Of a DNA stretch of 64,000 nucleotides, positions 1-12,972 are shown piece by piece. Position 1 is the first letter of the stretch, and the number at the start of each line of letters is the position of its first letter. The notes beneath the pieces are model-generated. The model had not been told where the DNA came from and ran no database searches. It was given only the letters and a program-made list of their open reading frames with translations. This stretch comes from Opitutia bacterium (GTDB lineage Bacteria > Verrucomicrobiota > Verrucomicrobiia > Opitutales > Opitutaceae): positions 448,001-512,000 of the forward strand of contig CANJVR010000001.1 of NCBI GenBank assembly GCA_947478395.1, in the 5' to 3' direction. The position numbers were made by a program, and so were the translations under genes.

Positions 1-116
1 CCCCTGTATATCACACGAACAAGGCGCAGCTCGTACACGCCTCGGTGCACGGCTGGCGGGACAACGCCCTTGGGGCGATCGACTGGCGCGAACTGTGGCT
101 CGAAGCGCCGCCATGA
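1..116 (+). CDS. 3' end of peptide ABC transporter substrate-binding protein (OppA-like), truncated by window edge
   Basis: Frame from nt 3 reads PVYHTNKAQLVHASVHGWRDNALGAIDWRELWLEAPP*, a typical OppA/family-5 SBP C-terminus; lies directly upstream of oppB. Not in the ORF track. Confidence 0.75.
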   Translation, partial: PVYHTNKAQLVHASVHGWRDNALGAIDWRELWLEAPP

Positions 117-169
117 TTCGTCGAAACTTTCATTCGCCAATCGGCGTTCGCCGTTTCTAATTTCCGCCG

Positions 170-1090
170 ATGCTCCGCTTCGTCGCCAACCGCCTGCTTT
201 TCCAGACCGTGCCGGCGTTGCTGATTATTATTACCGCCACGTTCTTTATGATCCGCTTCGTGCCCGGCGGACCCTTCACGGCAGAGAAAGCCGTCACGCC
301 GGAAATCCTCCGCAATCTCGAAGCGCACTACGGTTTAAACAAACCGCTTTACCGGCAGTATTTCGACTACCTCGGCCGGCTGCTGCACGGCGATCTTGGC
401 CCTTCGTTCAAGTATCCCAACCGCACCGTCAACGAGATCCTCAGCAACAAACTGCCGACCTCGCTCGAACTCGGCCTGCTCTCCCTCACGGTCGCGCTCA
501 CGATCGGCATCCCTCTCGGCACCCTCGCGGCAGTGAAACGGAATAGTTGGATGGACTACCTGTGTTCGTCGTTCGCCATGCTCGGGATTTGTGTCCCCAC
601 GTTTGTCCTCGGGCCGCTGCTCGTGCTGACGTTTGCGATCCATTTCCAATGGCTCAACGCCTCCGGCTGGTACGGCCCGGCCGACCGCATTCTGCCCTGT
701 CTTGTCCTCGGTTGCGTGTACGCCGCGTATATCGCGCGCCTGACCCGCGGCGGCATGCTCGAAGTTCTGAACCAAGATTACATCCGCACCGCGCGCGCCA
801 AGGGCGCCAGCGAAACGCGGGTGGTGTTCAAGCACGCGCTCCGCGGCGGGCTGCTTCCCGTCGTGTCGTTCCTCGGCCCAGCCATCGCCGGGATTCTGAC
901 TGGGTCGTTTGTGATCGAAACGATTTTTCAAATCCCGGGCCTCGGACGCGAATTCGTGAACAGCGCCTTCAACCGCGACTACACCCTCGTGCTGGGGACG
1001 GTGATCCTTTACGCGACGCTGCTGATCCTACTCAACCTCGCCACTGACGTCGTCCAAGTCTGGCTCAACCCGAAGCTAAAATTCGAATGA
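170..1090 (+). CDS. oppB: Oligopeptide ABC transporter permease OppB
   Basis: PGGPF N-terminal motif, GDLGPSFKY, EAA-like loop DYIRTARAKG, NRDY, multiple TM helices. Confidence 0.93.
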   Translation: MLRFVANRLLFQTVPALLIIITATFFMIRFVPGGPFTAEKAVTPEILRNLEAHYGLNKPLYRQYFDYLGRLLHGDLGPSFKYPNRTVNEILSNKLPTSLELGLLSLTVALTIGIPLGTLAAVKRNSWMDYLCSSFAMLGICVPTFVLGPLLVLTFAIHFQWLNASGWYGPADRILPCLVLGCVYAAYIARLTRGGMLEVLNQDYIRTARAKGASETRVVFKHALRGGLLPVVSFLGPAIAGILTGSFVIETIFQIPGLGREFVNSAFNRDYTLVLGTVILYATLLILLNLATDVVQVWLNPKLKFE

Positions 1091-1269
1091 GCCGGCCCAT
1101 CTTATTCAACCGCGAATCAGCCCTGAGCAACGCGCAAGACGGCCGAATTCCGGCGAGCGATTCGCGGGCCCATTCCGGGCTTCACGACGTTTCGCGTTCG
1201 TTCGCGGCTGCCCCGTTCGGCACTCTCCCGCCATCCGCGCGCTCCGCGTAATCCGCGGTTAAAATTTCG

Positions 1270-2175
1270 ATGGTCTCTCTAAGTCCCACCAATCTGCCCT
1301 CGCCGGCCATCACTCCCGAGCAAATCGAAACCGGTTCGTCGCTCTGGCGCGACGCTTGGTCGCGGCTGCGCAAAAACAAACTCGCGGTGTGCGGCGGGGC
1401 CATGTTGCTGACGCTGTCTTTGCTCTGCATATTTGGGCCGATCTTTTCGCAGTCGTATCAGGAACAAAATCTCGATCTCGGCGCCACCGCGCCCAGCGCC
1501 GCGCACTGGCTCGGCACCGACACGCTGGGCCGCGATCTTTTCGCCCGGATTCTCTACGGTGGCCGCATCTCGATCATGGTCGGCCTCGTCGCGACGTTCG
1601 TCGCTCTCGCGATCGGAGTCAGCTACGGCGCGGTGGCCGGTTTCTTTGGCGGCAAACTCGATGCCGTCATGATGCGCATCGTCGACATCATGTACGCCCT
1701 GCCCTTCACGATTTTCGTGATTCTGCTGATGGTGTTCTTCGGACGAAACATCTTCCTGCTCTTCTTCGCCATCGGCGCCGTCGAATGGCTCACGATGGCC
1801 CGCATCGTTCGCGGCCAGATCATGTCGATCAAGAAAATGGAATACATCGAGGCCGCCCGCGCGCTTGGTCTCGGCCGGCGTCGCATCATTTTCCGGCACA
1901 TGATCCCGAACGTTCTCGGGCCGATCATCGTGTACACGACGCTCACAATCCCGGCCGTCATGTTGCTCGAGGCGTTTCTCAGTTTCCTCGGCCTAGGCGT
2001 ACAGCCGCCGATGAGTTCCTGGGGCGTGCTCATCAAAGACGGAGCGGAAAAAATGGAGGAATTCTGGTGGCTGCTCGTTTTCCCCGGCGGGGTATTTTCC
2101 CTGACGCTTTTCTCGCTCAACTTCCTTGGTGACGGCCTGCGCGACGCCCTCGACGTGCGGTCCTCCAAGGATTGA
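1270..2175 (+). CDS. oppC: Oligopeptide ABC transporter permease OppC
   Basis: SLWRDAWSRLRKNKLA, HWLGTDTLGRD, EYIEAARALG, LSFLGLG, GDGLRDALD. Confidence 0.93.
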   Translation: MVSLSPTNLPSPAITPEQIETGSSLWRDAWSRLRKNKLAVCGGAMLLTLSLLCIFGPIFSQSYQEQNLDLGATAPSAAHWLGTDTLGRDLFARILYGGRISIMVGLVATFVALAIGVSYGAVAGFFGGKLDAVMMRIVDIMYALPFTIFVILLMVFFGRNIFLLFFAIGAVEWLTMARIVRGQIMSIKKMEYIEAARALGLGRRRIIFRHMIPNVLGPIIVYTTLTIPAVMLLEAFLSFLGLGVQPPMSSWGVLIKDGAEKMEEFWWLLVFPGGVFSLTLFSLNFLGDGLRDALDVRSSKD

Positions 2176-2217
2176 GGTGGAACGAGCGCCTCACTTCGCC
2201 TTCTTTTGCCGCCCGCC

Positions 2218-3960
2218 ATGCGTCGTTTCCGTCCGTATTTTAGCTACCTTCGCCCGCAGCGCGGATTGCTGATCTTGGCCATCGTGTGCGGTGTCGTCGC
2301 CGGTATCGCCTCCGGCGCGGGCCTGCCGCTGATGGTGAAAAAGGTTTTCCCGGTCATCTTCGCGAAGAACGCCGTACCGCTCACCTCGTGGGAGCTCGCG
2401 ATGGTCGTGCTGTGGATTCCCATTGTTTTCGTGATTCGAGGCGCCGCCGGCTACCTCAACTCCTATTTCATCCAGCTCGTCGGCACACGCGTGCTCGAGG
2501 CGGTGCGCCTGGATTTTTTCCGCAAGTTACAGGTGCTGCCGCTATCTTTTTTCCAAAAAAACTCCACCGGCGACTTGCTCTCCCGCGGCCTCGCTGATGC
2601 CAACCAGCTCCAGTTTACCCTGACGAACGTCGCGAACGAGCTGATCAAGAGCCCGGTCACGCTGCTGAGCGCGGTCATCGTGATTGCAAACCTGGCCTAC
2701 CACGAAAATGGCGTGCCCCTTGTGCTCGTCTCGCTCGCCGTCGTGCCGCTTTCCGTGCTGCCCATCCGCTACGTAGGGAAAAAACTCATCAAGCGCGCCG
2801 GCAAGATTCAGGCCGAACTCGGCGCCGTCACGAATATCTTCAGCGAAAATCTCAGCGCCACGAGGGAAGTCCGCGCGTTCGGCCTCGAGTCCCGCGAAGT
2901 CGCGCGCTTCACCGCGGTCTCGCAGATCCTGATCCGCGCGCAGATGAAGTTCACGAAATACGAGAAGGCGCTCACCCCGCTGATCGAGATCGTGTCGGCC
3001 GTCGGTATTTCCATCACCCTGCTCTACGCCTACCAGATCCACCTCGACCAGGACACGTTCACCACGTTGATCATGGCCATCTACGCCAGCTACGAGCCGA
3101 TCAAGAAACTCGGTGGTCTGAACAACGACATGAAGCGCGGCCTCGGCTCGCTCGACCGGCTGGAAGCGGTGCTGCACGCGCCCGAAACCATCACCGACGC
3201 GCCCAACGCCATCGCGTACCCTCGCGCCATCGGCGAACTCACCTTCGAGACGGTCAGCTTCGCCTACATGTCCGACGAGCCCGTGCTGCAAAATGTCACC
3301 GTGCGCATTCCCGCCGGTACCGTCTGCGCGCTGGTGGGCCCCAGCGGCGCAGGCAAATCCACGTTCGCGAATCTCGTCCCGCGTTTCTTTGACCCCGTCG
3401 CCGGCCGCGTGACGCTCGATGGCCACGATTTGCGTGCGCTCAAACTCGCCGACCTGCGCCGTAACATCGCCGTCGTCTCGCAGGACCCGGTGCTTTTCAA
3501 CGACACGATTTTCAACAACCTCCTCATCGCCCGGCCCGAGGCAACCGCGGCCGACGTCGAGGCCGCCGCCCATGCCGCCTACGCCCATGATTTCATCCGC
3601 GGCTTCCCGGAGGGCTACGCCACGATTGTGGGCGAACGCGGCGCGCGGCTTTCCGGCGGACAGAAGCAACGCCTCGCCCTCGCCCGCGCGTTTCTGCGCA
3701 ATGCACCCCTCCTCATTCTCGATGAAGCCACCAGCGCGCTCGACAGCGAGAGCGAGGCCGCCATTCAGCTCGCGTTGAAAAAGTTGGTCGTGGACAAAAC
3801 GGTCCTGATCATCGCGCACCGTTTCAGCACGATTCGCGACGCCACCAAAATCCTCGTCTTCGACCGCGGCGAGATCGTCGCCACAGGCAGTCACGCCGAA
3901 TTGCACGCCGGCAATCCGCTCTATCGCTCGCTCTACGACCGGCAGCGCACGGAAACCTGA
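2218..3960 (+). CDS. ABC exporter, fused TM + ATPase (MsbA-like)
   Basis: N-terminal TM domain, Walker A GPSGAGKST, signature LSGGQKQR, Walker B ILDEATS; ATG at 2218 preferred over TTG at 2206. Confidence 0.9.
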   Translation: MRRFRPYFSYLRPQRGLLILAIVCGVVAGIASGAGLPLMVKKVFPVIFAKNAVPLTSWELAMVVLWIPIVFVIRGAAGYLNSYFIQLVGTRVLEAVRLDFFRKLQVLPLSFFQKNSTGDLLSRGLADANQLQFTLTNVANELIKSPVTLLSAVIVIANLAYHENGVPLVLVSLAVVPLSVLPIRYVGKKLIKRAGKIQAELGAVTNIFSENLSATREVRAFGLESREVARFTAVSQILIRAQMKFTKYEKALTPLIEIVSAVGISITLLYAYQIHLDQDTFTTLIMAIYASYEPIKKLGGLNNDMKRGLGSLDRLEAVLHAPETITDAPNAIAYPRAIGELTFETVSFAYMSDEPVLQNVTVRIPAGTVCALVGPSGAGKSTFANLVPRFFDPVAGRVTLDGHDLRALKLADLRRNIAVVSQDPVLFNDTIFNNLLIARPEATAADVEAAAHAAYAHDFIRGFPEGYATIVGERGARLSGGQKQRLALARAFLRNAPLLILDEATSALDSESEAAIQLALKKLVVDKTVLIIAHRFSTIRDATKILVFDRGEIVATGSHAELHAGNPLYRSLYDRQRTET

Positions 3961-4045
3961 CGCCGCGGCAACGCGGGGCCACTCGATTCATTCGGCCGAC
4001 GTTCGCTCCGTCGCGGTGACCTTGGCGGGCGATTCGAGCTACCGA

Positions 4046-7942
<3,897 letters not shown>

Positions 7943-7982
7943 GGTCGGCACGTTAGAAACCAAACCCCGATTGGCAAGGGAA

Positions 7983-8012
7983 CATATCGACGCATTGAGA
8001 TGCGTTGATGTG
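7983..8012. promoter_or_regulatory. Imperfect palindrome upstream of metH, candidate operator
   Basis: CATATCGACGCAT-TGAG-ATGCGTTGATGTG (11/13 arm match), 40-70 nt upstream of the metH start; a minus-strand TTGACC (-35-like) lies at ~8026-8031. Confidence 0.45.
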
Positions 8013-8438
8013 AATTTGCTTGCGAGGTCAAATTAGAGGCAGAACGTGCACGCTTGGTCTGACGTTCTTTTGAAATTTTCGGGGTGCAAGGAAGGCCGTT
8101 AGATCCGGCCACAGTTGCGCTGCGGTATCGCATCACAAACCCAAACCGTGCCGTCCGTCAGTCGGCAGGGGCAAAGCCAATCGGGACTTCGGTCGCGGTG
8201 AAGGCGAAGGGGGAGGATGCGCGCTCGCGGCGCGCAATTTACAAATTCCAGAAATCCAAAGATCCAAAAAAGCGGGACGGCCGCAGTGAATTTTTTGGCG
8301 TTTGGTTCTGGTATCTAAAATTTGCGCGCGGCCAGCGCGCCCATATGCGGAGTCCGAATATTTGCTCCCGAAAAGCTCACGCGTCCGTCGCGGTTGCGCG
8401 CGATGGTTCGCGAAAACTTCATCGCAAAAGTGAAGCGT

Positions 8439-8519
8439 GAGAGTGGCCACGGCCGCGCCGGTTCTTGGTAAAACCGGCGGGGTACGACTGCTCTTGCCCA
8501 TTAGGAAAAGCAGACACCC
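8439..8519 (+). ncRNA. Candidate structured cis-regulatory leader (riboswitch-like) ahead of TonB receptor
   Basis: Perfect 8-bp stem CGCCGGTT/AACCGGCG (8456-8463/8472-8479) enclosed by GAGAGTGG/CTGCTCTT; CTGCT can alternatively pair with AGCAG beside the AGGAAAAG RBS. Confidence 0.35.
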
Positions 8520-10385
8520 ATGACTACCATTAACCCGCCGGCGCGCGTTACGCGCCGGATCGTATCGATCGTGTTCGCGTTCGCCGGCCTTGGCGCCGCG
8601 CACGCTCAAATCACGCCGGCCCAGCTCGAGCCATTTATAACGACGGGCACGAGGACGCCCACGGCCGCGTCCACGCTGGGTACACTCGTCGATCAAATCA
8701 CCGCCGCCGAGCTCGCGCGTCAGCAACGTTCCACTCTGGCCGAGGCCCTCGGCGGTCTCAGCGGAACGCCGTTATTCGCCTCCGGAGCGAACGGCGCTCT
8801 CTCATCGCTTTTTATGCGCGGGGCCAACTCGAACCAGACGCTGTTTCTCGTCGATGGCATCCGGTTGAACGACCCGAACACCGACTATCAGGTTTTTCTC
8901 GGCGGAGCGTGCGTGGGTGCGTGCGACAGCCTGGAAGTGGCGCACGGCCCGCAGAGCACGCTGTACGGCGGAGAGGCGGTAGGCGGAGTGATTTCGTTGC
9001 GAGCGCAACGCGGCGCGGGCGCGGGCCGCGCGAGCGCCGCGATCGAAGCCGGCCGTTTCGGCACGGTGCAAGGTGCGCTTGCGGCTCAGGGCGCGAACGG
9101 CGCAACCAGCTATAATTTCGCGGCGACCGGCGGGCGGACGGAGAACGATCGCGTAAACAACGCGTTCGAGTCTTCGACGACCACGCTCCGGCTCGACCAC
9201 ACGCTCAACGGGCTGACGAGCATAGGCGGCACGGTGCGCTGGTTTCACGGTGCTTACGGCGATCCCGGCGATCGCTACACCAACGATCCCGACAACGAGA
9301 CGCGCGAAGAGAACGTGCTAGCGACCGCATTCGCCGACGTGAAGTTGGCCGACGCCTGGACGGCACACGCCGTGCTCGGCGGGCAGGACCGCCGCTTCGT
9401 GGCTGAGAGCCCGCGCGTGGGACGCGCCACGGCGTTCACCGTGGTGAAAAATCGGCGAGCGGTGCTCGACGCTCAGACGACCTTCGCGGGGTTTGAGCGC
9501 AATCGCATCACGGCCGGCTTTACCGGGGAGACCAATCACACGCGCAACACCGGCTTCGGTGACATCAATAAAAAGCAGGCGCTGTTCGCCGTCTTCGCGC
9601 AGGATGAATTCTCGCCGGCCGAAGATGTATTTCTCACCGCGGGTTTGCGCAGCGACGATTTCGACACGTTCGGTCGCGCCACGACCGGACGGGCGACCGC
9701 GGCGTGGCTGGTGGCACAGCGTTCACTTAAATTCCGCGCGAGCTATGGTACGGCGTTCCGTTCGCCGAGCTTTCTCGATCTTTATGGCAAGAGCGCGTTC
9801 TATGTCGGCAACCCCAATCTCAATCCCGAAAAGGCGCGGGGCTGGGATGCGGGCGTTGATTATTATCTACCAGCGAAACGCGGCACGCTGAGCGCAACGT
9901 GGTTTCAAACGGATTACACAAACCTGATCGTCTTCGACTTTAATCGCAGTCCGAGCACGGTCGTCAACATCGAGAGCGCGCGCACGCACGGCCTCGAGCT
10001 CTCGGCGAAAACCACGCTACCCGGCGCGATTGAAACGCGGCTGAGTTACACGTTCCTCGAGGCGGATAATCTTTCCCAAAACAAACGTCTCCTGCGCCGC
10101 CCGCGCCACAGCGGCAGCGTCGATGCGTGGCATGATTTCGGCAACGTGAGCGTAGGTGCGGGCATGAACTTTGCCGCGCAACGCGAAGACGTTGATGCGA
10201 AATCGTTTCGCACGATCGACCAGGAAGATTACACCGTGGCACGCGTTTACACCGCATGGCGCGTAACCGCCCGACTCGCGTTGAAAGCCCGGGTCGAAAA
10301 TCTGTTAAACGAACGCTACGAACCGGTGAACGGCTATCCTGGGCTGGGCTGCGGCGCCTTTGCGGGCGCGGAGTGGAAATTCTAG
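8520..10385 (+). CDS. TonB-dependent outer-membrane receptor, BtuB-like
   Basis: Signal peptide, ITTGTR TonB-box region, plug MRGANSNQTLFLVDG and GPQSTLYG, GNPNLNPE, LLRRP, ENLLNERY, C-terminal F; divergent from metH. Confidence 0.88.
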   Translation: MTTINPPARVTRRIVSIVFAFAGLGAAHAQITPAQLEPFITTGTRTPTAASTLGTLVDQITAAELARQQRSTLAEALGGLSGTPLFASGANGALSSLFMRGANSNQTLFLVDGIRLNDPNTDYQVFLGGACVGACDSLEVAHGPQSTLYGGEAVGGVISLRAQRGAGAGRASAAIEAGRFGTVQGALAAQGANGATSYNFAATGGRTENDRVNNAFESSTTTLRLDHTLNGLTSIGGTVRWFHGAYGDPGDRYTNDPDNETREENVLATAFADVKLADAWTAHAVLGGQDRRFVAESPRVGRATAFTVVKNRRAVLDAQTTFAGFERNRITAGFTGETNHTRNTGFGDINKKQALFAVFAQDEFSPAEDVFLTAGLRSDDFDTFGRATTGRATAAWLVAQRSLKFRASYGTAFRSPSFLDLYGKSAFYVGNPNLNPEKARGWDAGVDYYLPAKRGTLSATWFQTDYTNLIVFDFNRSPSTVVNIESARTHGLELSAKTTLPGAIETRLSYTFLEADNLSQNKRLLRRPRHSGSVDAWHDFGNVSVGAGMNFAAQREDVDAKSFRTIDQEDYTVARVYTAWRVTARLALKARVENLLNERYEPVNGYPGLGCGAFAGAEWKF

Positions 10386-10661
10386 GCCCGCTGATCGAGG
10401 CTCGGAAAGTCGGGCCGCGGCCAAGCTCACCACGCACCTCGATAAAGCCACTGCGGTTTTTAAAAATTCCGCGCACGGTCGACCGAAATAACGGATCGGG
10501 CGCAAGCCTCCGAAAATTCCTACAGAATAAAATTCTTCACGCCGTTCGGCGACCGCTTTAGCGTCCCCCCGTTCCCGCCCCGAAACGGAGGCGCGGCCCG
10601 CTCGCACCCGGCGCTGCGCCGCGTCCTTGCCAACCAAAGCGCCCTGCTAAATTTCTTACCC

Positions 10662-12845
10662 ATGAATTATAGTGAGCCTCCCTCGCTGCACCTGCGCCTG
10701 ACTTGCGCTCTGCTCGTTGCTTCCGTCGCCCTCATCCCGCCTCTCCTCCGGGCCCAGCCCGCCGCCGCTCCCGCCATGCCCGACAATCCGCTTCTCGCCG
10801 AAAGTTCCCTGCCACTCCATTATCCGCCTTTCGACCTCATCAAGGATGAGCACTTCGCGCCCGCCTACGCGCTCGGCATGGCGGAAGAGCGCAAGGAAGT
10901 CACCGCCATCGCGGATAATTCCGCGGCGCCGACGTTCGACAACACGATCACGGCCCTGGAAAAAGCCGGCCAGCTCCTCGCCCGCGTCGACCGCATTTTC
11001 TCCAATCTCGCCGGCTGCAACACCAATCCCAAGCTGCAGGAAATCGAGCGCGACATGGCGCCGAAACTTTCCGCGCAGCGCGATGCGCTCCAACTCAACC
11101 CCGCGCTTTTCGCCCGCGTTCAGGCGCTCTACAACCAGCGCGCCGCGCTGGGTCTCGATCCGGAATCGCTGCGCCTCTTGGAACGTTACTACCGGGATTT
11201 CGTCCGCGCCGGCGCGAAACTTTCGGAAGCCGAAAAAACCCGTCTCAAAGCCTACAACGCCGAGATCGCCACCCTTCAGACCACGTTCAGCCAAAACGTC
11301 CTGAAGGAGATCAACGCCTCCGCCGTGCTCGTTGCGGATCGGAAGGAGCTCACAGGTCTTTCCGAGGCCGAGATGACTACGGCCGCCACTCACGCCAAAA
11401 CCGAGGGACACGAGGGCCAGTATTCAATTCATCTCGTCAACACCAGCGGACAGCCGCCCCTGGCTTCCCTGCAAAATCGCGCGCTCCGCGAAAAAATCAT
11501 GCAGGCCTCGCTCGTCCGCGGCAGCCATGGCGGGGCCTACGACAATCGCTCAATCGTCGCCCGCCTCGCCCGCCTGCGCGCCGACCGCGCCACTTTACTC
11601 GGTTATCCGACGCACGCTGCCTACACGCTGGAGGATCAGACCGCACGCACCGTGGCGAACGCCGACCAACTCCTCAGCAAACTCGCGCCCGCGGCCGTGG
11701 CCAACGCCCGCCTCGAGGCCGCCGATATGCAAGCCATCATCGACCGCGAAGGCGGCGCCTTTCAACTGGGAGCCCAGGACTGGGAACTCTACTCCGAAAA
11801 GGTGCGGGCGGCCCGTTACGCCTTCGATGAATCGCAGGTGCGCCCGTACCTGGAACTCGAGCATGTCCTGAAAGACGGGGTGTTTTTCGCCGCTCATGAA
11901 CTCTACGGCCTGACGTTCAAGGAACGCAAAGATCTGCCGGTCTACCAACCCGACGTTCGCGTATTCGACGTCTTCGACGCCGACGGCTCGGTCCTCGCGA
12001 TTTTTATCGCGGACTTCTACGCGCGGGCCTCGAAAAACGGCGGCGCATGGATGAGCGAATACGTGCCCCAATCCACGCTGCTCGGCGCCAAGCCGGTCGT
12101 CGCCAACCATCTCAACATTCCCAAGCCAGCCGCCGGCGAACCCACGCTGCTGACGTTCGATGAAGTCACGACGATGTTTCACGAATTCGGCCACGCGTTG
12201 CACGGCATGTTTTCCCGCGTCAAGTACCCGCTCTTCAGCGGCACCAACGTCCCGCGCGATTTCGTCGAATATCCCTCGCAGGTAAACGAAATGTGGGCCG
12301 CCTGGCCGGCCGTATTGCAGCACTACGCGAAGCACTATCAAACGGGTGCGCCCCTGCCGCCGGCGTTGCTTGAGAAAGTGCTCGTCGCCCGGAAATTTAA
12401 CCAAGGCTATAAGACGACCGAGTATCTCGCCGCTGCGCTGCTCGATCTCGCTTGGCACGGGCTGAAGCCGGCCGACGTGCCCGCGACCGATGACGTGCTC
12501 ACCTTTGAAGCCTCCGTTCTAAAAAAGGCGGGGCTCGACTTTGCGCCCGTCCCGCCGCGTTACCGGAGCACTTATTTCTCCCATGTTTTTGCAGGCGGTT
12601 ACTCGGCCGGCTACTACGCGTACATCTGGGCCGAGGTCCTGGACGCGGACAGCGTCGAATGGTTCAAGCAGCACGGCGGCTTGAAACGCGAGAACGGCGA
12701 GCACTTCCGCTCGACCCTGCTCTCGCGCGGTGGCAGCGAGGAGGCCATGACCTTGTTCAAGGCCTTTCGTGGCGCCGATCCCGATATTAAGCCGCTACTA
12801 GAGCGCCGGGGCCTCAACGTGCCGGCGGCCACGGAAAAAAAGTAA
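10662..12845 (+). CDS. dcp: M3 family metallopeptidase (dipeptidyl carboxypeptidase Dcp-like), exported
   Basis: HEFGHALH zinc motif, DFVEYPSQ, YFSHVFAGGYSAGYYAY, NPLL near mature N-terminus, signal peptide. Confidence 0.88.
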   Translation: MNYSEPPSLHLRLTCALLVASVALIPPLLRAQPAAAPAMPDNPLLAESSLPLHYPPFDLIKDEHFAPAYALGMAEERKEVTAIADNSAAPTFDNTITALEKAGQLLARVDRIFSNLAGCNTNPKLQEIERDMAPKLSAQRDALQLNPALFARVQALYNQRAALGLDPESLRLLERYYRDFVRAGAKLSEAEKTRLKAYNAEIATLQTTFSQNVLKEINASAVLVADRKELTGLSEAEMTTAATHAKTEGHEGQYSIHLVNTSGQPPLASLQNRALREKIMQASLVRGSHGGAYDNRSIVARLARLRADRATLLGYPTHAAYTLEDQTARTVANADQLLSKLAPAAVANARLEAADMQAIIDREGGAFQLGAQDWELYSEKVRAARYAFDESQVRPYLELEHVLKDGVFFAAHELYGLTFKERKDLPVYQPDVRVFDVFDADGSVLAIFIADFYARASKNGGAWMSEYVPQSTLLGAKPVVANHLNIPKPAAGEPTLLTFDEVTTMFHEFGHALHGMFSRVKYPLFSGTNVPRDFVEYPSQVNEMWAAWPAVLQHYAKHYQTGAPLPPALLEKVLVARKFNQGYKTTEYLAAALLDLAWHGLKPADVPATDDVLTFEASVLKKAGLDFAPVPPRYRSTYFSHVFAGGYSAGYYAYIWAEVLDADSVEWFKQHGGLKRENGEHFRSTLLSRGGSEEAMTLFKAFRGADPDIKPLLERRGLNVPAATEKK

Positions 12846-12972
12846 CACCGGCGACTCGCCGTGCCCCCGTGCAGCGCGAATTGCCGGCTGACCTTTTGCG
12901 GCTCGCGATCCGCCGGGTCCTCCCGTCCGCCGCATTCAACTCACGGAACCCGGTTGGGACCAAGGCGTCCAA

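Noticed and set aside
2542..3906. Long antisense and alternate-frame ORFs (this one and others such as 43233-44663, 38596-39783, 6896-8008)
   Set aside because: Shadow ORFs of well-supported genes, expected in high-GC DNA; no recognisable motifs
8105..8125. CGCAACTGTG on the minus strand, like part of a cobalamin riboswitch
   Set aside because: Isolated match; no GGGAA..GGTG.AA.TCC stem or B12-box in the expected arrangement
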